NCBI GenBank assembly: GCA_963801355.1
Contig: CAWDEM010000004.1
Coordinates: 1,024,001-1,088,000, forward strand
From: Ignavibacteriota bacterium
GTDB lineage: Bacteria; Bacteroidota; Ignavibacteria; UBA10030; UBA6906
DNA: 64,000 bases
Direction of reading: 5' to 3'
Part shown: piece by piece, positions 27,466 through 38,223 of the stretch
Layout: every line of letters begins with the position of its first letter
Position numbering within the stretch: the first letter of the stretch is position 1
Program-made: the position numbers and the translations under genes
The notes under the pieces: generated by a model
The model's input: the letters and a program-made list of their open reading frames with translations, nothing else
Database searches by the model: none
Told to the model about the DNA's origin: nothing

Positions 27466-27939
27466 ATGGAAGCACGAGCCATACACCGGTATATCGGCAC
27501 CTCGCCGCGTAAGATGCGGCTGGTTATCGATCTCATCCGCGGCAAATCGGTGGATGAGGCACTGAACATCCTCCACTACTCGCCGAAGCATCCCGCGCGC
27601 GTGGCCGAGAAAGTCCTGCGTTCCGCGGTCTCGAACCTGCAGAACAAGGACGAGGCCGGACGCCTGGAACCGGGCGAGATGATTGTGAAGGAGGCCTACG
27701 TGGATGTGGGGATGGTCATGAAGCGCATCCTTCCCGCACCGATGGGCCGCGCCTTCCGCGTGCGGAAACGCTCCAATCATGTGACGATTGTCGTTGCACC
27801 GAAACAAGCGATCCGTCGGACTGCGGCACCCAAGCGGACCAAGACGGAGAAGACAGTCAACGCGCCGGCGAAGAAAGCCGCCGCGAAGCCGGCCGCAAAG
27901 CCGGTTGCGAAGCCGGCTGCAAAGAAGGCATCGAAGTAA
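27466..27939 (+). CDS. rplV: 50S ribosomal protein L22 with Ala/Lys/Pro-rich tail
   Basis: [26 protein letters not shown]; tail [21 protein letters not shown]. Confidence 0.98.
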   Translation: MEARAIHRYIGTSPRKMRLVIDLIRGKSVDEALNILHYSPKHPARVAEKVLRSAVSNLQNKDEAGRLEPGEMIVKEAYVDVGMVMKRILPAPMGRAFRVRKRSNHVTIVVAPKQAIRRTAAPKRTKTEKTVNAPAKKAAAKPAAKPVAKPAAKKASK

Positions 27940-27959
27940 ACGCACTGCAAGGAGCTGAC

Positions 27960-28640
27960 GTGGGACAGAAAGCACATCCGATCGGTTTGCGCCTGGGGAT
28001 CATCAGGTCCTGGGATTCCAACTGGTACGATGAGAAATCATTCGGGAGCAAGCTGGAGGAGGACCGCACGATCCGGAACTACGTGCGCAACCGTCTGAAG
28101 AAGGCCGGCATTTCGCGGGTCATGATCGAGCGGACACCGAAGCGCGCGGTCATCACCATCAATACCTCCCGTCCCGGCATCGTGATCGGCCGCAGCGGCA
28201 AGGAGATCTCCCAGCTCGAGGAAGAGCTGAAGAAGATCACGAACAAGGAAGTGAAGATTCTCATCAACGAGATCAAGCGGCCGGAGCTGGATGCCTTTCT
28301 GGTGGCGGAAAATATTGCCCAGCAGCTGGAGGGACGCATTGCGTTCCGCCGGGCGATGAAGAACGGGATCACCGCCGCGATGCGCATGGGGGCGGAGGGT
28401 ATTCGTGTGAAAAGCGCCGGCCGTCTGGGTGGTGCCGAAATGGCGCGCACGGAGCAGTACAAAGAAGGACGCATTCCGCTGCACACACTCAGGGCGGATA
28501 TCGATTATGCCACCGCGACCGCGCGGACCATCTACGGCGCCATCGGCGTCAAGGTATGGATCTGCAAGGGTGAGGTGCTGGATGCGCAGCAGAACATGGA
28601 GCGTCCGATGCCTTCCCGCCGCGGACAGGAACGCGGATAA
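27960..28640 (+). CDS. rpsC: 30S ribosomal protein S3
   Basis: [26 protein letters not shown]. Confidence 0.99.
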   Translation: MGQKAHPIGLRLGIIRSWDSNWYDEKSFGSKLEEDRTIRNYVRNRLKKAGISRVMIERTPKRAVITINTSRPGIVIGRSGKEISQLEEELKKITNKEVKILINEIKRPELDAFLVAENIAQQLEGRIAFRRAMKNGITAAMRMGAEGIRVKSAGRLGGAEMARTEQYKEGRIPLHTLRADIDYATATARTIYGAIGVKVWICKGEVLDAQQNMERPMPSRRGQERG

Positions 28641-28658
28641 CGCAGGAGAACTTCGACA

Positions 28659-29081
28659 ATGTTGATGCCCAAGAGAGTCAAATTCAGGAAAGCCCAGCGT
28701 GGACGGATGCGGGGGAAGGCGACCCGCGGTGACCGGGTGAATTTCGGGGATTTCGGCCTGAAGGCGTTGGAACCCGCCTGGATTACCCAGCGCCAGATCG
28801 AAGCCGCCCGCGTGACGCTGACCCGCATGATGAAACGGGAGGGGCAGATCTGGATCAGAATATTCCCGGATAAGCCGGTGACGAAGAAACCCGCTGAAAC
28901 CCGCATGGGGAAAGGCAAGGGGGCGCCCGAGTACTGGGTTGCAGTGGTGAAGCCGGGACGTATCATGTTTGAAGTGGGCGGCACGGTCAAGGCGACGGCG
29001 CTTGAGGCCTTACGGCTTGCCTCGCACAAACTGCCGATCCGCACGAAAATCAGTATCAGGCCCGACTACGAAGGCGCCTGA
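28659..29081 (+). CDS. rplP: 50S ribosomal protein L16
   Basis: [16 protein letters not shown]. Confidence 0.99.
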   Translation: MLMPKRVKFRKAQRGRMRGKATRGDRVNFGDFGLKALEPAWITQRQIEAARVTLTRMMKREGQIWIRIFPDKPVTKKPAETRMGKGKGAPEYWVAVVKPGRIMFEVGGTVKATALEALRLASHKLPIRTKISIRPDYEGA

Positions 29082-29098
29082 GGCAAACGGGAGAGCGT

Positions 29099-29344
29099 AT
29101 GAAGGCTCATGAACTCAATGCATTGTCGGTCCAGGAATTGCGTCAGCGGCTCGGTGACGAACAGGAGAGCCTGGCAAACCTGCGTTTTCAGCTGGCGACT
29201 AGCCAGCTCGAGAGTCCTATAAAAGTGCGCACCGTGCGCCGTGACATCGCGCGGATTCTCACGGTGTTGCGCACGAAGGAGCCCGCCGCCGCAGCGACCC
29301 CGGCACCGACATCGACGAAGACCAACGAGGTGAAAACGTCATGA
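29099..29344 (+). CDS. rpmC: 50S ribosomal protein L29
   Basis: [20 protein letters not shown]; short C-terminal extension. Confidence 0.97.
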   Translation: MKAHELNALSVQELRQRLGDEQESLANLRFQLATSQLESPIKVRTVRRDIARILTVLRTKEPAAAATPAPTSTKTNEVKTS

Positions 29345-29628
29345 CCGCAGTCGACGCAACAGCCGCCACGCCGAAGCGTTCCACCCGTCGCAAAGTGCGT
29401 GTGGGAAAAGTGGTGAGCACGAAGATGCAGAAAAGTATTCTGGTGACCATCGAACGCAGGGTGCCGCATCCGGTGTACAAGAAGATTTTCCGCCGCACCA
29501 CGCAATTGATGGCGCACGACGAAGAGCGCGTGGCGAAAGTCGGCGACACGGTAAAAATCATGGAAACCCGCCCGATCAGCAGACATAAACGGTGGCGGCT
29601 GGTGGAAGTACTCGAAAAAGCAAAGTGA
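29341..29628 (+). CDS. rpsQ: 30S ribosomal protein S17
   Basis: [22 protein letters not shown]. Confidence 0.98.
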   Translation: MTAVDATAATPKRSTRRKVRVGKVVSTKMQKSILVTIERRVPHPVYKKIFRRTTQLMAHDEERVAKVGDTVKIMETRPISRHKRWRLVEVLEKAK

Positions 29629-29652
29629 GCAAGGGCCCACGGAGTCAATGCA

Positions 29653-30021
29653 ATGATCCAGGAAGAAACAAATCTCGTCGTGGCTGACAACTCTGGTGCC
29701 AAGAAGGTACGGTGCATCAGGGTGCTGGGCGGGTCCGACCGGCGGTATGCCGGATTGGGCGACCTGATTGTCGTGTCGGTCAAGTCCGCCATCCCCGGCG
29801 CCACGGTCAAAAAAGGGGAGGTTGCACGCGCAGTCATTGTCCGCACGCGGAAAGAGACGCGCCGTAAAGACGGTTCGTTCATCCGGTTCGATGAGAACGC
29901 CGCAGTGCTGATCAACGAGCAGGGTGAGCCGCGCGGCAGCCGCATCTTCGGGCCGGTGGCCCGCGAACTGCGCGAGAAGCAATACATGAAGATCGTCTCC
30001 CTCGCACCGGAAGTGCTATAA
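29653..30021 (+). CDS. rplN: 50S ribosomal protein L14
   Basis: [24 protein letters not shown]. Confidence 0.99.
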   Translation: MIQEETNLVVADNSGAKKVRCIRVLGGSDRRYAGLGDLIVVSVKSAIPGATVKKGEVARAVIVRTRKETRRKDGSFIRFDENAAVLINEQGEPRGSRIFGPVARELREKQYMKIVSLAPEVL

Positions 30022-30034
30022 GGAAGCAGCGCGC

Positions 30035-30358
30035 ATGAATATCAGGAAGAATGACAACGTCATTGTGATTGCCGGGAATTCCCGCGGGAAGTCCGGCAAA
30101 GTGCTCAAGGTCTACCCTGCGACGCGGCGGATCATTGTCGAAGGGGTGAATATCATGAAGCGTCACACGCGCCCCAACCAGCGCAACCCGCAGGGAGGCA
30201 TCGTGCAACGCGAAGCGCCGATCCACATGTCCAACGTGATGCTGTTGGACCCGAAGTCGAATCAGCCGACCCGGGTCGGCACCAAAGTGGTGAAAGACGA
30301 ATCCATCGGCAAGAAGCGGCGCATGCGCGTGGCAAAAGCCACGGGCGAGATGTTCTGA
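30035..30358 (+). CDS. rplX: 50S ribosomal protein L24
   Basis: KOW motif, EAPIHMSNV. Confidence 0.98.
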   Translation: MNIRKNDNVIVIAGNSRGKSGKVLKVYPATRRIIVEGVNIMKRHTRPNQRNPQGGIVQREAPIHMSNVMLLDPKSNQPTRVGTKVVKDESIGKKRRMRVAKATGEMF

Positions 30359-30397
30359 CGCCACGGTCCACAAACCATCTATTGAGCGGTCACTGGT

Positions 30398-31093
30398 ATG
30401 AGCGACGAGAAACCGAAAAAGCAGCAATCCAAGAAAGAAGCCGCACGCCCGGCGAAGGAAGCAAAACCGAAAGGGGCGCCGGCCGCAAAGGCCCCCAAGA
30501 GCACGGGCCCGAAGGAAAAAGTTGTCGCACGCCTCAGCGTCACTTATAAGAATGAGGTCGTGCCGGCGCTGATGAAGCGGTTCCAGTATTCCAACGTGAT
30601 GCAGGTGCCGCGACTCGACAAAATCGCCGTCAACATCGGCGTCGGCCAGGCAACGCAGGACCCGAAGCTGGTCGAGGCGGCGGCGAAAGACCTCGAAGCC
30701 ATCGTCGGACAGAAAGTGGTCATCACGCGCGCGAAGAAATCCATTTCAAACTTCAAACTGCGCGAGAAGATGCCCATCGGCTGCCGTGTGACACTCCGGC
30801 GGACGCACATGTATGAGTTCATGGACCGGTTCATCAGCGTCACGGTGCCGCGCCTGCGGGATTTCCGGGGTCTTCCCGACACGGCGTTCGACGGGCGGGG
30901 CAACTATACGATCGGGGTGAAGGAGCATACGATTTTCCCGGAAATAGACGTCGATAAGATTGTCCGGATCTTCGGCATGGATATCACGTTTGTGACCACG
31001 GCGAGAACCGACGAAGAGGCGTATGAACTGCTCAAGGCGTTCGGCATGCCGTTCGTCAAGCGGCAGGAAGTCCTCGCAACACCAAAAGCATAA
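30398..31093 (+). CDS. rplE: 50S ribosomal protein L5 with Lys-rich N-terminal extension
   Basis: [20 protein letters not shown]. Confidence 0.98.
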   Translation: MSDEKPKKQQSKKEAARPAKEAKPKGAPAAKAPKSTGPKEKVVARLSVTYKNEVVPALMKRFQYSNVMQVPRLDKIAVNIGVGQATQDPKLVEAAAKDLEAIVGQKVVITRAKKSISNFKLREKMPIGCRVTLRRTHMYEFMDRFISVTVPRLRDFRGLPDTAFDGRGNYTIGVKEHTIFPEIDVDKIVRIFGMDITFVTTARTDEEAYELLKAFGMPFVKRQEVLATPKA

Positions 31094-31114
31094 GTGCACA
31101 GGAGCAGAGTCAGT

Positions 31115-31384
31115 ATGGCGAAGACCAGTTCAAAGGCACGGCAGCGCAAGCGGGAACGGCTTGTGGCAAAGTACGCGACGCTGCGCAAGGAATTGAAGGC
31201 CAAGGGTGATAATGAGGGCCTGCAGAAGCTGCCGCGCAACAGCAGTCCCACGCGTTTGCACAACCGCTGCAACGTTTCGGGGCGCCCGCGGTCGTACATG
31301 CGGAAATTCGGCCTTTCCCGCATTGCCTTCCGCGAACTCGCGCTTGAGGGGAAAATCCCCGGCGTGACAAAGGCCAGCTGGTAA
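31115..31384 (+). CDS. rpsN: 30S ribosomal protein S14 (long, Zn-independent form)
   Basis: [33 protein letters not shown]; 89 aa. Confidence 0.98.
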   Translation: MAKTSSKARQRKRERLVAKYATLRKELKAKGDNEGLQKLPRNSSPTRLHNRCNVSGRPRSYMRKFGLSRIAFRELALEGKIPGVTKASW

Positions 31385-31429
31385 GCGGCACCCAATGACC
31401 GAACGTGCGAGACTGAGGAGACACCGACC

Positions 31430-31825
31430 ATGACTATGACCGATCCGGTCGCCGACTATCTGACGCGGTTGCGCAATGCTCTGCAGGCGGGCCAGAAGCG
31501 CGTCGACGTCCCGGCTTCCAACTTGAAGCGTGAAATCACCAAACTGCTGGTCGCAAGCAAGTTTATCGGCGGTTTCACGGAAACGAAAGACAGCGCGCAG
31601 GGCGTGCTGCACATTCAATTGAAATACAATGACGGCCAGCCCGTTATCAGCGGGCTCAAACGCGTGAGCCGTCCCGGCCTCCGGAAATACGTGGATTCCG
31701 GAGAGGTGCCCCGGGTGCTGGGCGGACTCGGTATCGCCCTGATCTCCACCTCGCGCGGCGTGATGACCGACAAACAGGCACGCACGCAGCGGGTCGGCGG
31801 CGAAGTGCTGTGCGAAATCTGGTAA
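31430..31825 (+). CDS. rpsH: 30S ribosomal protein S8
   Basis: DPVADYLTRLRNA, VSRPGLRKY, GGEVLC. Confidence 0.99.
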   Translation: MTMTDPVADYLTRLRNALQAGQKRVDVPASNLKREITKLLVASKFIGGFTETKDSAQGVLHIQLKYNDGQPVISGLKRVSRPGLRKYVDSGEVPRVLGGLGIALISTSRGVMTDKQARTQRVGGEVLCEIW

Positions 31826-31841
31826 CGAAGGAGATTCTGCA

Positions 31842-32396
31842 GTGTCACGGATAGGCAAAAAACCTGTAGCGATCGTCAAGGGTGTCAACGTGCACCTGGC
31901 GGGACGCGAGATCAAGATCACCGGGCCCAAGGGTGAGCTCACAGCAACCGTGCATCCCGACATCTCCGTCGAAGTGGCGGACGGCCAGGTGCTCGTCAAG
32001 CGTCATTCCGACGAGAAGAAACACCGGGCCCTGCATGGCCTCTGGCGTGCACTGGTCCAGAATATGATGACCGGCGTGACAACCGGCTACTCGCGCAAGC
32101 TCGAGCTGGTGGGCGTCGGGTACCGTGCGGAGCTCAAGGGAAAGAAATTACAGTTGCTGCTCGGGTTCTCGCATCCCATCCTCCTCGTGCCGCCCGAGAG
32201 CATCACCATCCAGGCGCCGACGCAAACGAGCATCCTCGTCAGCGGCATCGACAAAATGCTGGTGGGGCAGGTCGCAGCGAAGATACGCTCCTTCCGTCCG
32301 CCCGAACCGTACAAGGGCAAAGGCGTGAAGTACGAAGGCGAGCGGGTCCGGCGGAAAGCCGGCAAAGCGGCCGCTGCCGGCGGTGCAAAAACGTAA
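31842..32396 (+). CDS. rplF: 50S ribosomal protein L6
   Basis: SRIGKKP, RPPEPYKGKG. Confidence 0.99.
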   Translation: MSRIGKKPVAIVKGVNVHLAGREIKITGPKGELTATVHPDISVEVADGQVLVKRHSDEKKHRALHGLWRALVQNMMTGVTTGYSRKLELVGVGYRAELKGKKLQLLLGFSHPILLVPPESITIQAPTQTSILVSGIDKMLVGQVAAKIRSFRPPEPYKGKGVKYEGERVRRKAGKAAAAGGAKT

Positions 32397-32425
32397 ACAC
32401 GTAGTCCAGCGGGAGTGCGGAACGT

Positions 32426-32794
32426 ATGATCACGAAGAACAGAATAGAGAATCGCAAACGTCTGAAGCGGCACATCAGGCAGCAGCTCTCCGGAACGCCG
32501 GAGCGACCCCGCCTGACCGTCTTCCGGAGTCTGCGTCATGTGTATGCTCAGGTTGTGGACGACTCGACCGGAAAGACGCTGTTCGGCGTCTCCGACGTTT
32601 CCAAGGATCTGGCGGATCAGTTCAAGGACATGAAGGGGCAGGTGGCGGTCGGGAAGAAAGTCGGACAATTGCTTGCCCTGAAGGCGGTGGAGAAGAAGAT
32701 CACCCAGGTGGTGTTCGATCGGAACGGATTCCGCTATCACGGCGTCGTGAAGGCGGTGGCCGATGGCGCACGGGAAGGTGGCTTGAAGTTCTGA
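32426..32794 (+). CDS. rplR: 50S ribosomal protein L18
   Basis: RPRLTVFRS, FDRNGFRYHG, AREGGLKF. Confidence 0.99.
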   Translation: MITKNRIENRKRLKRHIRQQLSGTPERPRLTVFRSLRHVYAQVVDDSTGKTLFGVSDVSKDLADQFKDMKGQVAVGKKVGQLLALKAVEKKITQVVFDRNGFRYHGVVKAVADGAREGGLKF

Positions 32795-32837
32795 CCCGCG
32801 CGCCGCTTCGGTGTCCGGGGCCGATGACGGTCTTCAT

Positions 32838-32908
32838 TGTCGGGTCGTCTAATGGCAGGACAGCGGCCTTTGGAGCCGTGAGTAGAGGTTCGAATCCTCT
32901 CCCGACAG
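32838..32908 (+). tRNA. tRNA-Gln(TTG) inside the spc operon
   Basis: Acceptor TGTCGGG/CCCGACA (U1-A72), D-arm GTCTAATGGCAGGAC, anticodon arm GCGGC-CTTTGGA-GCCGT, T-arm AGAGG-TTCGAAT-CCTCT. Confidence 0.93.
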
Positions 32909-32964
32909 CGCGAGTAGAGGATGCACGATAGAATAACATTGTGGTAACGTTGCGAGGACCATCG

Positions 32965-33489
32965 GTGGCACGAATCAAAACAAGCGAACTCGAACTCAAG
33001 GACAAGCTCGTCCATATCAACCGTGTGGCAAAGGTTGTGAAAGGCGGACGGCGGTTCAGTTTCAACGCGATCGTAGTGGTCGGCGACACCAAAGGCCATG
33101 TGGGCATCGGCCTCGGGAAGGCGAATGAGGTCGCTGATGCGATCGCCAAAGGCGTCGACGATGCCAAGAAAAACCTCGTCGAGGTGCCGATTGTGAAGGG
33201 GACGATTCCGCATCCGGTGATCGGCCGGTACGGTGCGGCCCGGGTGATGCTGAAGCCCGCCTCGCCGGGCACGGGTCTGATCGCGGGTGGCGGAGTGCGC
33301 GCGGTGCTCGAATCCGCCGGCGTCCACGACGTCCTGACGAAATCCATGGGCTCGTCCAATCCGCATAACGTCGTGAAAGCGACCATGGCGGCTCTGGAAG
33401 GTCTCACGGATGCCAGCATGGCGGCAGCGCGCCGCGGTATCACCCTGCCGGAGCTCTTCGGCACGACACCGGTTCAGACTACGGCTTAA
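32965..33489 (+). CDS. rpsE: 30S ribosomal protein S5
   Basis: [27 protein letters not shown]; GTG start after GAGGA. Confidence 0.99.
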   Translation: MARIKTSELELKDKLVHINRVAKVVKGGRRFSFNAIVVVGDTKGHVGIGLGKANEVADAIAKGVDDAKKNLVEVPIVKGTIPHPVIGRYGAARVMLKPASPGTGLIAGGGVRAVLESAGVHDVLTKSMGSSNPHNVVKATMAALEGLTDASMAAARRGITLPELFGTTPVQTTA

Positions 33490-33507
33490 GCGAAGAAGGA
33501 TACGACG

Positions 33508-33693
33508 ATGGCAGGCATGATCAAGATTACACAGGTGCGGAGCGTCATTGACCAGCTTGAATCGATGAAACGTACCATCAAGGCCTTGGGGCTCGGGCGA
33601 CCGAACAATGTGGTGGTGAAGAAGGACACGCCGGCGATTCGCGGCATGATCCGGAAAGTCCACCATATCGTGACCGTGGAAGAAGTGAAATAG
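33508..33693 (+). CDS. rpmD: 50S ribosomal protein L30
   Basis: IKITQVRS, LGLGR, DTPAIRGMI. Confidence 0.98.
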   Translation: MAGMIKITQVRSVIDQLESMKRTIKALGLGRPNNVVVKKDTPAIRGMIRKVHHIVTVEEVK

Positions 33694-33724
33694 CGGTTGA
33701 ATCTGAGGAAGAAAGCAGACGATC

Positions 33725-34207
33725 ATGGCACAGGATATTCTGAGTACACTCAAGCCGGCCGCAGGCGCGCGAAAGAAACGGAAGCGTATCGGGCGTGGCC
33801 AGGGTTCCGGCCACGGCAGCACGGCGACGCGCGGAGACAAGGGTGCGGGATCACGCTCCGGGTCCGAGTCCCGCGCCTGGTTTGAAGGCGGACAGATGCC
33901 GCTTTCCCGCAGGGTGCCGAAACGCGGGTTCCACAGTCCTTTCAAAGTGGAGTTCCAGGTGGTCAACCTCAAGACCCTCGAGCGCCTGGCAACGGAAGGC
34001 AAGTTGCAGAGCGGTTCCGTGACTCCTGAAGTGTTGGTGAAACTCGGCGTTGTGCGCTCACAACGGATGCAGGTAAAAATTCTCGGCTCGGGTGACGTGA
34101 AAGCCAAACTCAGTGTCGCCGCCCATGCCTTCAGTGCCTCCGCAGTCCAGAAAATCCAGGCCGCCGGCGGCACAACCCAAACGATCAGCTCAACCAGCAA
34201 AGAGTAA
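33725..34207 (+). CDS. rplO: 50S ribosomal protein L15
   Basis: RIGRGQGSG, FEGGQMPL..R.PKRGF. Confidence 0.99.
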   Translation: MAQDILSTLKPAAGARKKRKRIGRGQGSGHGSTATRGDKGAGSRSGSESRAWFEGGQMPLSRRVPKRGFHSPFKVEFQVVNLKTLERLATEGKLQSGSVTPEVLVKLGVVRSQRMQVKILGSGDVKAKLSVAAHAFSASAVQKIQAAGGTTQTISSTSKE

Positions 34208-35532
34208 TGGCAAAGCTCGGCGAAAGTTTCCGGAATATTTTCAAGATACAGGAGCTGCGGACGCGTCTGCTGTTTACCGCGGCACTCCTGTTGGTGGTGC
34301 GCCTCGGTGCACACGTGACGCTGCCCGGCGTTGATGCCTCGCTGCTCGCAAAAGCAGAGGCAAGCCAGGCCTCCAACACCCTGTTCGGACTGTACGACCT
34401 CTTCGTCGGCGGTGCATTCAAGAATGCGGCGGTCTTCGCGCTCGGCATCATGCCGTACATCAGCGCGTCGATCATCCTGCAGCTCCTCGGCGCCGTCGTT
34501 CCCTACTTCCAGAAGCTGTCAAAAGAAGGGGAAGAGGGACGGAAGAAGATCAACCAGCTCACGCGCTACGGCACGGTCCTTGTCTCCGCCCTGCAGGCGT
34601 GGGGGGTCAGCGTGCGACTCACCAGCCTGTCCGTCGAAGGGCTCCCAATCGTTCCGATGGAAGTGCAGGGGCTGGGCTTCACCCTGAGTACCGTGGTCTA
34701 CCTGACAACGGGCACCATCTTCATGATGTGGCTCGGTGAACAGATCACCGAACGCGGTCTGGGGAACGGCATCTCCCTCATCATCTTCATCGGTATCATC
34801 GCACGGTTTCCGCACTCAATTATTGACCAGTTCCGGGTGAGCCAGAACATCATCATCGGCCTGATTATCCTGGCGGTCATGATCGCCATCATTGCGGGCG
34901 TCGTGTTGGTCACCCAGGGTACGCGTCGCATCCCGGTGCAGTATGCAAAACGTGTCGTGGGTCGCAAGGTGTACGGTGGCGTGACGCAGTACATTCCCCT
35001 GCGTGTGAACACCGCCGGTGTCATGCCCATCATCTTTGCACAGTCGATCATGTTCATCCCGAGCACGATCCTGACGTTTTTCCCCGAGAGCGAATTTGTG
35101 CAGACTCTGTCCGGATATCTGGAGTACACATCGGCCACGTATTCGGTCATGTATGCAATCATGATCGTGTTCTTCACGTATTTCTACACGGCTATCGCGT
35201 TCAATCCGAAGGACGTGTCCGAAAACATGCAGAAACAGGGGGGCTTCATTCCCGGCATCCGTCCCGGGAAGCACACGGCCGATTTCATTGATAACATCCT
35301 GACGAAGATCACCCTGCCCGGGTCCATCTTCCTGGCGATCGTCGCGATCCTGCCGGCGGTGGTGTCGCGGTTTGGTGTGACGCCGAGCTTCGCCCAGTTC
35401 TTCGGCGGCACGAGCTTGCTGATTATGGTGGGTGTCGCACTCGACACGCTGCAACAGGTTGAGTCGCATCTTCTGATGCGGCATTATGACGGATTTATGA
35501 AGTCGGGACGGATGAAGGGAAGGATTCGCTGA
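34207..35532 (+). CDS. secY: Preprotein translocase SecY
   Basis: ALGIMPYISASII, GNGISLII, GVMPIIFA, IPGIRPG, GGTSLLI. Confidence 0.99.
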   Translation: MAKLGESFRNIFKIQELRTRLLFTAALLLVVRLGAHVTLPGVDASLLAKAEASQASNTLFGLYDLFVGGAFKNAAVFALGIMPYISASIILQLLGAVVPYFQKLSKEGEEGRKKINQLTRYGTVLVSALQAWGVSVRLTSLSVEGLPIVPMEVQGLGFTLSTVVYLTTGTIFMMWLGEQITERGLGNGISLIIFIGIIARFPHSIIDQFRVSQNIIIGLIILAVMIAIIAGVVLVTQGTRRIPVQYAKRVVGRKVYGGVTQYIPLRVNTAGVMPIIFAQSIMFIPSTILTFFPESEFVQTLSGYLEYTSATYSVMYAIMIVFFTYFYTAIAFNPKDVSENMQKQGGFIPGIRPGKHTADFIDNILTKITLPGSIFLAIVAILPAVVSRFGVTPSFAQFFGGTSLLIMVGVALDTLQQVESHLLMRHYDGFMKSGRMKGRIR

Positions 35533-35538
35533 GAGGCG

Positions 35539-36309
35539 ATGGCGCGAGTGCCGTTGAAGACGGAGCGCGACATTGCGCTCATGCGCGAAAGCGGAAGAAT
35601 TGTCGCAGAGGTGCTGGCGCTCGTCGGCGGGTACGTCCGCCCCGGCGTAACAACGAGCGAACTGGATGCTCTGGCCGAGGAATATATCCGGTCACACCAG
35701 GGCACCCCGGCCTTCAAAGGATACGGACCGGACCGCCGGAACCCGTTTCCGGCCACGCTGTGCGTATCGATTGATGATGTGGTCGTCCATGGAATTCCGG
35801 ACGGGCGGGAACTGCAAGAGGGGGAGATCGTGTCGGTGGACGTAGGGGTGCAGAAGGGTGGATGGTTCGGCGACGGTGCCCGGACATTCCCGGTGGGGCG
35901 AATCAGTGAGGAAAAGACACGGCTGCTGAACGTCACGGAGGAAGCGCTGGGGGCAGGCATCGCCAGGGCGCAGGCAGGGAACCGGTTGCATGATGTCTCC
36001 GCCGCCGTCCAGAAAGTTGTCGAGGCCGCCGGCTACTCCGTCGTCCGTGACCTGGTGGGACATGGCATCGGCAAACAGTTGCACGAGGAACCGGCTGTAC
36101 CGAATTTTGGCGTGGAAGGAACGGGAGTGCTATTGCGGGAAGGGATGACGCTGGCGATTGAGCCGATGGTCAATGCAGGAACATACGTGGTGCACCTGGG
36201 TGAGGATGGGTGGACGGTGCGGACGGCAGACGGGCGACCCTCTGCGCACTTCGAACATACGGTGGCTATCACACAGGGAGAGGCCGAGATCCTGACACAT
36301 CATGGCTAA
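35539..36309 (+). CDS. map: Methionine aminopeptidase type I
   Basis: VVHGIP, GHGIG..LHEEP, IEPM, SAHFEHT. Confidence 0.98.
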   Translation: MARVPLKTERDIALMRESGRIVAEVLALVGGYVRPGVTTSELDALAEEYIRSHQGTPAFKGYGPDRRNPFPATLCVSIDDVVVHGIPDGRELQEGEIVSVDVGVQKGGWFGDGARTFPVGRISEEKTRLLNVTEEALGAGIARAQAGNRLHDVSAAVQKVVEAAGYSVVRDLVGHGIGKQLHEEPAVPNFGVEGTGVLLREGMTLAIEPMVNAGTYVVHLGEDGWTVRTADGRPSAHFEHTVAITQGEAEILTHHG

Positions 36310-36520
36310 GCAGGGGCCCATAAAGGTCGATGGTGTGATCACGGAGACGTTGCCGAACGCGACGTTCAAAGTGAGCCTGGACGGCGGCCACACGATTCTT
36401 GCCCACATTTCGGGCAAGATGCGGATGAATTTTATCAAGATCCTGGTTGGTGACAAGGTGACGGTGGAACTGTCGCCCTATGACCTGTCTAAGGGCAGAA
36501 TCACCTACCGGTATAAATAA
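36302..36520 (+). CDS. infA: Translation initiation factor IF-1
   Basis: [22 protein letters not shown]. Confidence 0.99.
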   Translation: MAKQGPIKVDGVITETLPNATFKVSLDGGHTILAHISGKMRMNFIKILVGDKVTVELSPYDLSKGRITYRYK

Positions 36521-36538
36521 GGACGGAGCGGACAGCGC

Positions 36539-36652
36539 ATGAAAGTTCGGTCATCAGTCAAGAAAATCTGCCGGAACTGCAAGATTATCCGGCGCAAAGG
36601 GGTGGTTCGCGTGATCTGTACGAACCCCAAGCACAAACAGCGTCAAGGCTAA
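36539..36652 (+). CDS. rpmJ: 50S ribosomal protein L36
   Basis: Own translation: [37 protein letters not shown]. Confidence 0.98.
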   Translation: MKVRSSVKKICRNCKIIRRKGVVRVICTNPKHKQRQG

Positions 36653-36667
36653 AGGAGGAGCACAGGC

Positions 36668-37051
36668 GTGGCTCGTATTGCGGGAATTGATCTGCCCAAG
36701 AAGAAACGCGCGGAAATCGGCCTGACCTACATCACCGGGATAGGGCGCGCATCATCACTCGCCATCCTGACGAAGGCGGGCGTCGATATCAACAAGAAGG
36801 TCGGCGATCTGAACGACGATGAGGTCCAGCGCATTCGCTCGATCATCACCGCCGAATACAAAGTGGAAGGCGCGCTCCGGAGCGAGACACAGATGAACAT
36901 CAAACGGTTGATGGACATCGGGTGTTACCGGGGTATCCGTCATCGCCGGGGGTTACCGGTGCGGGGCCAGCGGACGCGTACCAACTCACGCACGCGCAAG
37001 GGCCGCAGAAAGACCGTGGCCGGCAAGAAAAAAGTGATGGCCAAGACGTAA
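36668..37051 (+). CDS. rpsM: 30S ribosomal protein S13
   Basis: [23 protein letters not shown]. Confidence 0.99.
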   Translation: MARIAGIDLPKKKRAEIGLTYITGIGRASSLAILTKAGVDINKKVGDLNDDEVQRIRSIITAEYKVEGALRSETQMNIKRLMDIGCYRGIRHRRGLPVRGQRTRTNSRTRKGRRKTVAGKKKVMAKT

Positions 37052-37114
37052 CAATTGTGAATGGTGGATCTACAATCCACAATTGTGAATGGTGGATCCA
37101 CCTCCACAATTGAC
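37051..37114. repeat. Palindromic 7-bp-periodic element, 28-bp unit x2
   Basis: ACAATTGTGAATGGTGGATCTACAATCC ACAATTGTGAATGGTGGATCCACCTCC ACAATTGAC between rpsM and rpsK. Confidence 0.85.
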
Positions 37115-37137
37115 GAGTATCATTATCGGAGGAAGAC

Positions 37138-37551
37138 GTGGCGAAGACCAGCCAGCAGAACAGTCCTAGAGCCGATCTCACCAGGAAGAAGAAGAAAATC
37201 CAGGTGGATGTGAGCGGCAAAGTATTCGTCAAAGCAACGTTCAACAACGTTATTGTGACGATCACCGACGTGTACGGTAACACGATCAGCTGGTCGTCGG
37301 CCGGCAAGAACGGATTCAAGGGGTCCCGCAAGAATACCCCGTTTGCCGCGCAGGTGTCGGCGGAAGCGGCGGCAAAGACCGCGCATGATCTCGGGCTCCG
37401 CAAAGTGGAAGTGTTTGTGAAAGGACCCGGTTCGGGACGGGAGGCGGCGATCCGTGCGCTCCAGACCGCAGGACTTGAGATCAGCAGCATCCGGGACGTG
37501 ACGCCAATTCCGCACAACGGCTGCCGTCCGCCAAAGAGACGCAGAGTATAA
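37138..37551 (+). CDS. rpsK: 30S ribosomal protein S11
   Basis: [33 protein letters not shown]. Confidence 0.99.
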   Translation: MAKTSQQNSPRADLTRKKKKIQVDVSGKVFVKATFNNVIVTITDVYGNTISWSSAGKNGFKGSRKNTPFAAQVSAEAAAKTAHDLGLRKVEVFVKGPGSGREAAIRALQTAGLEISSIRDVTPIPHNGCRPPKRRRV

Positions 37552-37567
37552 CGCAGGAAAAACTTCT

Positions 37568-38197
37568 ATGGCTCGATACATCGATTCAAGTTGCAGATTA
37601 TGCCGTCGCGAACGGCACAAGTTGTTCCTCAAGGGGACGAAGTGCTTCACGGAGAAGTGCCCGATGGAGCGCCGCGCCTATCCGCCCGGACAACACGGCC
37701 AATCACGGCGCACCAAGGTCTCCGAGTACGGCGTCCAGCTGCGCGAAAAGCAGAAGATCCGCAGGATGTACGGACTGATGGAAGCGCAGTTCAAGAACCT
37801 CTTCGCGCGCGCACTGCGGGCGGAAGGCCGCACGGCGGAAAACCTGGTGAAGCTCCTCGAGCGCAGGATGGACAACGTGGTCTACCGGCTGGGCTTCGCG
37901 CCGTCGCGGAAAGCCGCGCGTCAGCTGGTGGTGCACGGTCACTTTTTCGTGAACAATACCCCCGTCGACATACCGTCGTACCTGCTCAAGGCAGGCGATA
38001 CCATACAGGTGCGGGACAAGAGCAAGAAGCTGGAGGTGCTGCATGCCTCCATGAAGCGGATGAAGGACACCGCCATGCTGCCGTGGTTGAGTCTCGACAA
38101 GGCAGCGATGGTCGGCACGTTCCTGAATGTTCCCGAGCGGGCAGACATTCCGCTCGATGCGAACGAACAACTCATCGTTGAATTGTATTCGAAGTAA
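37568..38197 (+). CDS. rpsD: 30S ribosomal protein S4 (Zn-ribbon form)
   Basis: CRLCRRE...C....C, PGQHG, QLREKQK, ARQLVVHGH, IVELYSK. Confidence 0.99.
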   Translation: MARYIDSSCRLCRRERHKLFLKGTKCFTEKCPMERRAYPPGQHGQSRRTKVSEYGVQLREKQKIRRMYGLMEAQFKNLFARALRAEGRTAENLVKLLERRMDNVVYRLGFAPSRKAARQLVVHGHFFVNNTPVDIPSYLLKAGDTIQVRDKSKKLEVLHASMKRMKDTAMLPWLSLDKAAMVGTFLNVPERADIPLDANEQLIVELYSK

Positions 38198-38223
38198 TGT
38201 CCTTTAGAGAGGGTGACTACGCC

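Noticed and set aside
31115-31384. Zn-independent S14 beside Zn-ribbon L33, L36 and S4
   Set aside because: The long S14 form in the core operon is common in this group; not evidence of a zinc-starvation paralogue.
32838-32964. tRNA-Gln as the attachment site of an integrated element
   Set aside because: No integrase, no duplicated tRNA 3' end seen, and rpsE follows within 57 bp.
35532-35539. adk missing between secY and map
   Set aside because: Ordinary arrangement in the Bacteroidota/Chlorobi group.
37051-37114. 28-bp repeats as a mini-CRISPR
   Set aside because: Repeats are adjacent with no unique spacers, and there are no cas genes in the window.
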